64,000 bases of DNA from Mobula hypostoma (Eukaryota), in contig NC_086125.1 of the NCBI RefSeq assembly GCF_963921235.1, positions 7,936,001 to 8,000,000 of the forward strand, given 5' to 3'. Positions 26,401 through 38,400 of the stretch are shown here, piece by piece. The notes below the pieces were generated by a model. It was not told the origin of the DNA. It saw only the letters and a list, made by a program, of their open reading frames with translations, and did not search any database. The translations under genes were made by a program, and so were the position numbers. The stretch's first letter is position 1. The number at the start of each line of letters is the position of its first letter.

Positions 26401-29400
26401 TCACCATCCTGAAACCACCTTAATCTCACCTTCTCAGCAGGGTAGATGTTTGAGACCTCACATGACAATGTGGTCTCCTGATTTACTTCTACAGGGTCTC
26501 TGTTGAGGATCCTTGGAGGCTCTGGAAAAGCTACAATACACACAAGAAATTCACTGCATATTGGTTTGCCTTGGCCTGTTTCAGATACTGATGGAATGAT
26601 GCAAAACTGACCAAATCCTATAAGCCTCTATACACAACCAGGAGTTCATCAAACCCACGTCGGTATCAGCAGGTTCCATACTTTGCTCTTCCTCTGACTC
26701 ATATCCCTGCAGGACTCACGAAGGGATCTGATTAAGGGTGGCGCAAAACATCGACTGTTTGCTCTTTTCCACAGATTCTGCCTGGCCTGCTGAGTTCCTC
26801 CAGCACTTTGTTAGTGTTGCTTTGGATTTCTAGCATCTACAGAATTTCCTGTGTTTTCCCATTTGCTGCTTTGCTATTAGTGTGCAGAGGAATAGGGGAA
26901 AATAATGTATTACAGGACGTCAATCGAAGGAACCAGACAGAAGCTGAGTTTAAGACCCCATATGACAGCTGGTATGTCTGAGACTGCTTTCTCGGTGCTG
27001 CACGAGACACTAGCCTGGTCTTAATGCCCAAGGGGACTCTCTTGGCGGTGCTAGATGGAGTAGGTCATTTTTGGCTGGGCTCTGGACATTTTCAATTTTT
27101 CTATCACCCTTCTATTATATATATTAAAGTGTCTTTAATACCTTTATATGTTTGAATTTTGAACTTTAATCGATGGAAATGTCTAGACTAAGGAAGGCAT
27201 TAGCCGAAGGCAAAGAAACTGAGAATGGAAACAGGATGAGGAAGGTACCTTCGAACAACCTAAACAGCCTCAACTTACTTTGCAAGCTATCTTTAACCTA
27301 TTGGATGAAAAACTCAACAAGAGATTCGTTACACTGGAAGTAATGTTGAAGGAGAATCACAGTAAATCGATAGCACTTGGAAAAGAGAGAGAGGAACAGC
27401 AACGGCAAATTTCAGAGCTTACTGAAGCAGGCAAACAGAGGAATTCCAGAATGAACTCTTTGGAAAAGTAATTAAATTTGCCTACTCATACATTGGAGCA
27501 GTACAAAGCCAAGATTATTGAATTGGAGAGACATAGTCGCAGACAGAATTCACAAATAATAGGATTCAGTGAAGACGTTGAGAGCAGGGACCACATTAAA
27601 TTTTTTTTCTCAATTTTAAATGAAAGTCTTTGGCTCAGAAGTCTTCTCTTCTCCTCTGGTACTCGATCGCGCATCCATCGTTAAAAACAAAACCCTCGAA
27701 AGAGTTACATCCGCATCTTGTAATTCTCCAGTTTCACTATGTGGGTATTAAGGAGCACTTAATTCGAATTGCTTGTCAGAAGGGAATTATTGTTCATCAA
27801 AATCTTAAGTTTCATTTGGTTGAAGATTATTGCCCTGAGGTATTCCAAGAAAGATTGTGTTTTAAATTGGTGATGTCGGATTTATATCAAAGGAATTTTC
27901 GACCGGCGTTGTTATACCCCGCCCGCTTAAGAGTTGTTTTACCCGATAACTCGTTTAAGTGGTTTAAAACCGTAGACAATGCACAACAATTTCTCGAAGA
28001 ACATTCCTTGAGCTGGATATTTAACTAATTTACTGTTCTTTTGAGTTTGTATACACCTGGTTTATTAGTTAATAACCAGCATATAGATTCGGACATTTTA
28101 CATTCGTAGAGCTTTGGCCTTGGGCTGAGTCTTCTGATACTTTGTTTTCACTTATCTCTGCTCTATGTTAATATCCCTTTTCACTTCCTTGATTATTTTA
28201 TTTTTCTTTTATTTTTAAACGTCCATTTTAGAAAATTATTACGACTTTGACTTGGTGATCATTTGATTTTTCTAGAAATATTATTAAGATTGTACTCTGT
28301 TTTATTTCTGAAGACCAGGTTTTTTAAAATGGTCTGTAAAGGGTTGTTCTTTTTTCATCTAACTGTGCTTGGCATTCCATTTGCAATGTTTAGACTATGG
28401 GTGGTTTTTATTTTATTTTTTATAATTGGAGATTTGCCATCAAGAGAGATGGGGATTGGTTGTTCTTAGTTAGTTTCCTGGCTGCCTATTAGCCAGGTTT
28501 TGGGGCTTTGTGGGAGGGGCAGGGGGTTATTTTTACTTTAGTTTTTTTCATTTGGGCTGACTTGCAACTACAAAAATGTCTGTATTGTCGTAACTTCCGG
28601 TTCCTCTTTAAACTTTTGTTCCTCTTCCTGATTCGTGAGTTTCCTGTGCAATTTGTTTAATCCTTTACTTACCATGTGGTTTATTTAAGGAAAATGGATA
28701 ATATTATTAACTTTGTTTCATGGGACACGAATTGTTTGAAACATCCAATTAAATGGAAGAAGATTTTTTAAATTTTTCAGAGATTGAATGCTCAGATTAT
28801 TTTTGCTCAGGAGACTCATGTGAGGAAGGAGGATAATCAACGTTTTTTTAGGTTTTGGAAAGAATAACAGTTTCATTCAAACTCATCGACCAAAGAGAAG
28901 GTGTTTCCATTTTTATAGATTCTTCGATCTCATTTGTTCATTATGGTGTAATCTCAGACCCATATGGTAGATTTCTATTAATTACTGGTTTACTTCATAA
29001 CCAAAAAGTAGTTTTGGTTAATGTTTATGTACCAAATATTGATTATCCTGAATTCTTTAAACATTTATTTGTACCTCTTCCTAATTTAAATGAATATATG
29101 TTAATGGGTGGTGATTTTAATTGTTCTTTGAATCTTATGATGGATAGATCTGCGCCCAATCAGGCACTTTCAAACAAATCTGCTATTTTTATTAATTCCT
29201 TTTTAGCTCACTCAGGAACTTTAGACGTTTGGAGGTTTTTATATCCTAATGATAAAGAGTTCTCTTTCTTTTCTCATGTATATCATAATTACTCTAGAAT
29301 CGATTACTTTTTTATTGATTCTCGATTAGTTTCATTTGTCACTACCTGTGAGTATTACACAGTCACCATTTCCGATCATGCGCCTTTGAAACTATCAATT

Positions 29401-32400
29401 AAATTTAGGGATGCAGTTTTTAGTACTAGACAATGGTGGTTCAACTCTATTTTGCTTCAAGATTTAAATTTTGATAATTTTATTAAAGAACAGTTTGCAG
29501 TTTTCTTTTCATCTAACTCAACGGAAGAAATTTCCAGTGGGATATTATGGGATACCTTTAAAGTATATATTCGCGGACAAATAATTTCATACTCTGCTGG
29601 AATGAAAAAACGTATTAATAGTGAAATATATACATTGGCTGATAAGATTACAGAAATTGATAAAAAAAAATTCCATTGCTCCTAATTTGGAGCTTTATAA
29701 AGAGAGAGTTGAACTTCAGATGCAACATAGTTTGTTATTAACAGCCCCGATTGAAAATCAGTTATTTAAAACTAAGAGTCAATTTTACATACATGGTGAT
29801 AAAACAGGTAAATTACTGGCTAATCAATTGAAAGCTGCTTTGGCGAAACTTCAGATTAATAAAGTTCGTAGACGGGATGGTAATTTGATGGTTGACCATG
29901 ATGAAATTAATAAATCTTTTCAAGAATCTTATACCAATTTATATCAATCAGAATTTCCTGATGATCCTACCATAATGCATGATTTTTTAAGGATACTAAA
30001 CATTCCAAAATTACCAGCTGATGAACGTTTAACATTAGATGCACCCATTACTGAAGAGGAAATAAGGAAAGCAATTTTTTCGATGAATTCTGGTAAAGCA
30101 CCTGGCCCGGATGGGTATACAGTTGAATTTTATAAATCTTTTTCAGATGTACTTTCTCCCTGGTTATGTAAAATTTTTAAAGCTGCTTTATCTGTAGGTA
30201 AATTACCACAATCCTTTTATGAAGCATCTATCTCATTAATTCCAAAAAAAGATAAAGATCCCACTGACTGTGCATCATATGGACCTATATCTTTGTTGAC
30301 TGTGGATTCTAAAATCTTTTCCAAAATATTAGCAATACTACCACAAATTGTCTCTGAAGATCAGACAGGATTTATTAAAAACCGTTACTCACATTTTAAT
30401 GTTAGGAGGCTAATGAACATTGTATACATTACTTCAGTTAAAACTCCAGAATGTGCTATTTCGCTTGACTCTGAGAAGACAGTTGACAGACTTGAATTGG
30501 AATATTTATTTGATATACTTCAGGAATTTAAATTCAACTCAAAATTTATATCCTGGATTCAACTGATATATCGTACACCTCTGGCTGCTGTATTTACCAA
30601 TAATCAGAGATCCCCGTTCTTCAGGCATTTTCGAGGTACTAGACAGGGCTGTCCTTTAAGCTTTTTACTTTTTCATATTGCCCTGGAGCCCTTGGCAATT
30701 GCTATTTGTCATTCACCTAATATATTTGGTATTATTCATGGGAATGGGACACATAAAGCATCACTATATGCAGATGATCTGTTACTATATATCTCTAACC
30801 CAGAGAAATCCATCCCTGCAGTAATCACACTATTTGCTCAGTTTAGTAGATTTTTCTGGTTATAAATTGAATCTTAAAAAGAGTGATGACTCCTCATTTA
30901 AATTTGAACAGACTTGGAGATCTTTTATTCAATATTTTCATTTAATGTAATATATACCCTTCTTGTTTTTTTCACTGTTTTTAATGGAGGTCGGGATTGA
31001 GGACGTGATTTTAAGTTTAACTCTGTTTGGTTTCAAGTTAGCCCATTGCTTTGCGTTGCTTTTAGTTAGTTGCACGGTGGGTTTTTTTTGGGGGGGGGTT
31101 TTCTTTTTCTCTATTGATATATATATAAAATTAGTATACTATTATGTTACCTCGGTATGTTATGTTTAAATTACATTGTTTGTAGTATTTTTTTTGTATT
31201 AATATCTTCTGTAATTTTATTATATTCTAACAATGTATTAGTGTCTATTTGGCTTACCTTTTTGTATACTTATTTAATAAAAAGATTTAAAAAAGAGTGT
31301 GCTTTTCCCATTAAGTATGAAAGTTCCAATTTATAGACAATCACCATTTAGATTAGTTACTGATTATTTTACTTACTTGGGCATTAAAATTACTAAGAAG
31401 CACAATTTTTTACCCTTAATTGATCATGTTAAACAACTGTTCACTAAATGGTCCCCTTTGTCCTTATCTTTGATTGGTCAAATTAATATTATTAAGATGA
31501 TTATTTTACCTAAATTTTTGTATCTACTTCAGGCGGCATCAATTTTTATCCCTAAATCTTTTTTTGATATTATCGATTCTAAAATTTCTTCATATATACG
31601 GCAGAATAGAAATCCCAGGTTAAGTAAGAAATATTTACAGAAATCAAAAAAAGAAGGCGGTTTGGCTTTGCCGAATCTTAGATTTTACTACTGGGCAATC
31701 AACATTCGATATTTAACGTCTTGGACACAAGAATTGGATGAAACTCAACGTCCACGATGGATGAACCTTGAGAAGGAGTCTGTACAGTGTCTTTCACTGG
31801 CTTCTATTCTAGGAGCTGTGCTTCCCTTTGCACTTACTAAATTGAATAAACAAATGATAAATCCAATAATTAAACATACAATACGAATATGGTTTAAATT
31901 TCGTAAATTCTTTGGATTGAACAAATTTATCCTGTCAAGTTCTATTATATATAACTTTTTCTTTCAACCATCTAAAATTGATCAAGCTTTTCTTCTATCG
32001 AAAACAAAGGGAATAACATGTTTTTGTGATTTATTCATGGATGATTGTCTTGTGTCTTTTGAACAGTCGTCTAATAAATATAATTTGCCTAGATCACATT
32101 TTTTCAGATATTTACAGATTAGAAACTTTTTGAACACTACTTCATCTACCGTTCCGATATCACATCAAATTGAAATTACAGAAAAAAAATTTAGGTTAAA
32201 CCCCTATCAGAAGAGTTTAATAGCAATTATTTATGATCTGATTATGAAAATACGTCTAGGTAAATCTGATTAAATTAAGTATGAGTGGGAAAGAGAACTT
32301 CAAATATCTTTCCCTACAGAGAAATGGGAAAAAAATTCTTCAGTTAGTCAATACTTCCTCAATGTGTGCCAGACATGCCTTGATACAATTTAAGGTATTT

Positions 32401-35400
32401 CACAGGGCTCATATGTCCAAGGATAAGCTAGCTTGTTTTTATTGCCATATAAATCTTGTTTGTGATAGATGTAATTCTGAGGTAGCTTCCTTGACATATA
32501 TGTTCTGGTCTTGTTCTCTTCCAGAAAAATATTGGAAAGATATTTTTGATATTATTTCAGTAGTTCTGCGTATTGACTTACAACCTCATCCTATTACTGC
32601 AATTTTTGGACTACCAGTGATAGACTCTAGTCATTTATACTTGTCAGCTTGTCGTCTAATTGCATTTGTTACATTAATAGCCAGAAGATCCATTATATTT
32701 AAATAGAAAGATTCTAATCCCCCCACTACATTTCAATGGTTTTACCAAACGATAGCATGCCTAAACTTGGAAAAAATTAGGAGTGGTACTATGGATCCTT
32801 TGGTTAAATTTGAAGAAACTTAGAGGCCATTTATTCAATATTTTCACATGATGTAAGTTGACCCTTTCTGGATCCTTTGCAGTAAGATTTTTGTTCATGA
32901 ATAGAGGAGTGGAGTTAACGACAAATAATAATTTTAGCTGATGTGGTATGACAGCCCCTGCTTTGTTTGTTTTTTTTTTAGTTTAGTTTTTTTTTCAGTT
33001 TAGGGGGCTTTCTTTTTCTTTAATTATAAAATATCTTTTTCATGGTCAGATACTATGAGATTGGGAGGTTAAACTATATTTGTTACTTGGAATCTGTGCT
33101 TGTACATGCTAATTGTTACTATTGTAATCCCAATCTCTATATATCATTACTATTCCTGTTATGTTTAATTTTGAAACTTAATAAAAAGATTGAAAAAGAA
33201 AGGATTTAAAGCCCAAGATACAAGAGAGGGATTGAACCTCCAATCTCCCAACTCGAGGCAGGAGCACCATCCGACGAGCAACACACCGTCTGGTGTGGAG
33301 AGAGATTGTACACCTTTGCTTATCCTGGGCACGTCATAACTCTCAGCATTTACTCGTGATCACACAGGGATGATATCTCTGCTCTGAAAGGGTTAATTAT
33401 TTATTTTCTCACCATGCACTGCGACCAAGGTAACTTACTGACCTTCCACCTTGATTTCCACTTGCTTCTCATCTGTTCCAAGTTTGTTCCTGGCTCTACA
33501 CTTGTAAATTCCTTGATGTTCTGATGTTGCCTGGGGAATGTGGAGAACCCCAGGAAGGTCGGTTTCCCCTGCGACTCCCTGACCGGGTCTTTCCCACGTC
33601 AGTGTTACCTGGGGGTTTCCACTGGAGTCACAGGTGATTGTAACTTCATCATCTACTCTGATGAAGACTGAAAACCCGGACACGGTTTTGTTATTTACTG
33701 ATATAGTTGTGTTTTGTGGTTTATCTGGAAAAGAGTGAAAAGAGTGAAATTAACCAGCCCCTCCCATAGGACATAGAACAGTACAGCACAGGGTGGGCCC
33801 TTTGTCCCATGATGTTGTACCAACCTTTATAAACCTATTCCATCGACAACCCAACCCCTCCCTCCTGCACAGCCCATCGTCCTCCATTCTTCTTTTATTC
33901 ACGTGCCTATCTAAGTCTCTTAAATGTCCCTTATATATCCGTCTCAACACCCACCCCTGACAGTGCAGTCCAGACACTTCCTACTGACTATGTAAAAACT
34001 TGCCTCTGACTCCGTGGCTCATCATAAAAGGATGTCCTCTGCTATAGTCATTACCCCCGGGGAATTACGTGCTGGCTGTCCACTCTTCCTACGTCTCTTA
34101 CAATCTTACACAATCATCCTCCTTGGCTCCAAAGAGCTCACTCAACCTTTCCACAGAAGACATGCTCTCTAATCCAGTTAGCGTCCTGGTAAATCTCCCC
34201 TGCACCATTTCTAAAGCTTCTTCATTTTTCCTATAATGAGGTGACTGGACATCACTACACTGTGACTCCAAAAGGCTGGAAAATCGAATTTGACTGTGTG
34301 CTGAGCTCACTTGTGCCTGGCAGCTCATTCCACACTGTCACAACTCCTCTGAGTGAAGAATGTTCCCCTCATGTTGACCTTAAACTTCTCAGCTTTCACC
34401 CCTACCTCATGACTTCTGGTTGTGACCCACCCAACCTCAATGGAAAAAGCCTGCTTACATTTACTCTAACAATACCCCTCATAATTTTGTATACCTCTAT
34501 ACAATTCTTCTCAATCGTCTACATTTAAGGAATAAACTCCTAGTAATAAATAAAGGTATTTATTACAGCATTTTTCCTTCCTGGAGTCTATAACTATTTT
34601 ACCTGATTTAGTAATCAATGATATCTATTAACCCCATCACGTTACTGCACTGAAAACACTTTAAACCATTTTTGATAATGTTGTTCACATTGTAAATCCA
34701 TGCGTGTATTTCAATATTTATGTAAGTTTTATTCCACATTCATGCTTTAAAATTTATTTTTATATAATTCTCTGTAAGTGTTGAATGTTGTGTATTTTGT
34801 CACAGTCACACACTCACCAACACACCAGAGCAAATCCCTAATCCATATTGTGTATATGGTGAATGAAATTGATCCCTGATAATCTCAGTGCAAAACTATG
34901 ATGGCACCCAACAGATATTTTTCAGAAGATTATCACCAATTTAGACACGCGACCCCCAAAGGGATTTGGCACCCCTCACTTAGGCTGACTTTACTGTGGT
35001 GTTCTGAGGAGGTCCCACATTGGCACTGTCACATTGGGGTGCTGGGAACGGACCCAAATGCAAGACACAGACTCTGAAGTACACGGAACAGGACTGGACT
35101 GGAGTAGGGACGTGACAGGATACAGGCAAGGAGCAGGGACAAGAACGCAGACTTGGGCTAGGGAAAGCGGGACCAGGACTAGGAACCATGGACTAGGTGA
35201 CAAGGCTTGGACTGCGAGCCTGAGACTGGACAAGGACCCAGAACCTAGGTCTTGCCTCGGGCTCGGACCCCAGAACCGGGCAAGGACATGACATAGGTGC
35301 TCCCGATGTGGCCTTTTATATATTGGCGAGACCCGACGCAGACTGGGAGACCGCTTTGCCGAACACCTACGCTCTGTCCGCCAGAGAAAGCAGGCCACAC

Positions 35401-38400
35401 ATTTTAGTTCCACATCCCATTCCCATTCTGACATGTCTATCCACGGCCTCCTCTACTGTAAAGATGAAGCCACACTCAGGTTGGAGGAACAACACCTTAT
35501 ATTCCGTCTGGGTAGCCTCCAACCAGATGGCATGAACATCGACTTCTCTAACTTCCTCTAATGCCCCAACCCCCCCGCCATACCCCATCTGTTACTTATT
35601 TTTATACACACATTCTTTCTCTCACTCTCCTTTTTCTCCCTCTGTCCCTCTGAATATACCTCTTGCCCATCCTCTGGGTCACCCCCCCCCTTGTCTTTCT
35701 TCCCGGACCTCCTGTCCCATGATCCTCTCGTATCCCCTTTTGCCTATCACCTGTCTAGCTCTCGGCTCTATCCCTCCCCCTCCTGTCTTCTCCTATCATT
35801 TTGGATCTCCCCCTCCCCCTCCCACTTTCAAATCTCTTACTCACTCTTCCTTCAGTTAGTCCTGACGAAGGGTCTCGGCCTGAAATGTCGACTGCACCTC
35901 TTCCTGGAGAAGCTGCCTGGCCTGCTGCGTTCACCAGCAACTTTTATGTGTGTGTTGAATGATGAAAGGCCTCGATAGAGTGGATTTGGGGAGGAAAGTG
36001 GCAGAGTTTAGGGCTAGAATGGAGAGATGAGGAAGTGAGGGGGGTTGGGAGTTGATGTTCTCACAAATCACAGATTTGTTTTACCACCTGGGATTGGCGT
36101 GGGGAGGTTTAAATGCTCGTTACCGTTGCCATTTAAACTGGGGTGATTTGTCAGCTTTCTGTGTTGGGGGCGTGGTTTGAAGAGCTTCCATATTTTTCAT
36201 TGTTTCCTGGCTATCTGGAGAAGACGAATCTCAGAGTTATATACTTCATAATAAATGAACCTTTGCATCTTGATTTGCATTGAATCGAATTAACTTTATT
36301 CCTTACATCCTTCATATATATGAGGAGTAACAATCTTTATGTTATGTCTCTGTCTGAACGTGCAATGTGCAGTTTATAGTAATTTATAATAAATAGTGTG
36401 TACAACAGGATAGTCAATATAAGATAGAAATACAGTTGTGTCAGCATAAGTTAAGCAGTCTGATGGCCTGGTGGAAGAAGCTGTGTTAGGGTGATGACGT
36501 CTCTGTAGGCTGCCTCATTATCATTATTTGAGATTAAGCCAAGCAGTGTAGTGTCATCAGAAAATTTAATTAGCAGTTTGGAGCTGTGGGTGGTGACACA
36601 GTCATGGGTATACAGAGAGTAAAGGAGAGTAAAAATCTTTTTCGTCTGGTAGCTCATTCCATTTAGCCTCTAGATGAAAAGGTGCCTCTCAGGTTCCTGT
36701 TGCATCTTCCCCCTCTCAGCTTAAACCAATGCCTGGGAGAAGCATCACAATCGATACCAGTACAGTCTAACAGTGGCTGTGTTATCCCTAATATTGTCAT
36801 CTACTGAGTCATTTGCTAAGGGTTAACAGCAGTAAGCTTCATGCCTGTAGTTGGCACTGATTCACATTTAGAACAGAGAAAGATGTGCATTACAGCTTTA
36901 ATGCCTGCTGAGCATTGGTAACATCCTGCTTTTGAGGAGAGCTGAGGAAGTCTGCAGTTCATAGTGATCCCACAAGGTGGCAGTGCATCATGCATTTTGA
37001 TATTGAGCTTTGCCTCTTTTAAACCTCCCTACACTGAGCCCATTCATTCACTGAGATCCTCAAAGGAGAGAAAATGAGCATTGTTACTTCAATATTGGTG
37101 GAAATTGTATAATTCCAATACTCCCACCTTGGAAATAGCAACAGAAAGGAAAGGTGACAAGTTACAGATCAGAATCAGAATCAGATTTAATATCACAGGT
37201 ATAGCTCAAAAACGATTTGTTAACTTTACGGAAGCAGAACAACGAAACAGATTACCAATAAATATATAGAAGGAAAGCTGAATTACACCAAATATATATA
37301 TATGTCTATTAAATAGTTAAATTAAAGTTAGTAGTGCAGAATAAAAAGTAGTGAAAGTGTTCAGGTTCAATGTCATTTAGAAATCAGGTACCACCTTCTA
37401 GAAGTTTTGGGTAGATAGCAGAACCCATCTTGGACTGGATTCAGGATCTCTTATTTCCCCAAACCTCTCCCTACTCCATGCTCTCTGGAACACCCGGCAT
37501 TAGCCAACCTGAGGTCCCCAAAAGTGCCTGACGAAGAGTCAAAAGCCTGAGTAAAACTCAACAGCCTTTAGTGTTGATAACAAGATCACTTACACTGGAC
37601 ATCGAGAGTGGCTGACTGTCGTTTAACAATGGTGTTGGAGCGATGGTGAAGTGTCAGCTCGGCCTCACAGGTGAACTGCTGTCCATTCAGCTCTGCTCGT
37701 GGATTCACAGTGTGGTAGATAGTCAGCCCAGTACTGGCTGACCTGCTCACTGATATCTCACTTCCCTTCTTCAGTCTGAGTTGAAGTTCCCCTGAGATGT
37801 TAAACACACTGCAGGTAATATTCACTGGAATTCCCTCAGTGGTGATCGGGATTTGGATTTCAGGGTTGGAGAAAACTGTAACAACAGAGAACATTGTCAG
37901 AAACTTTCTCTGAGTGAGTTCTGCAGCCCTTCTGTACCACTAGACTGAGGTAGTCAACCTTAAGCACAAATGATTTACTAGCATGCATTATTCATTAATT
38001 TGAGGAAAAGCATAACAAGATGTATTTAAATGCGTAATTCCCATGTTTCAAGTTTTTATGGCATTTATCTGTCCCACCGTCTGCTCATTAATACGCGATC
38101 TTACCCACAGAGGCAAAAACCCCTGACCCCTGCACTAGACTGAGGTAGCAAATGGAACTCTTTTGAAGTCTGTCTGTGGTACAGCACCCACCTCCCTCAC
38201 TGTGTGTCTAGTGGCTAAAGAAGGTGCTGCAGGAATTATCAAAATCCCCCCCCCCCCCGCCACAGTTCCCAGCATCATTCACTGCTGACCCAATCTCATC
38301 AAAGCAAACGACACATTGGTTCAGTGCATCCGACAGAGTGGAACTTTGCAGCACACACACACACATATACACACACGTAAACACACACATATACACACAG

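Larger units (their letters stand above)
13940..26700. repeat. Tandem duplication unit B (exons 7-10)
   Basis: Colinear intron and exon homology with 26711-39838. Confidence 0.92.
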
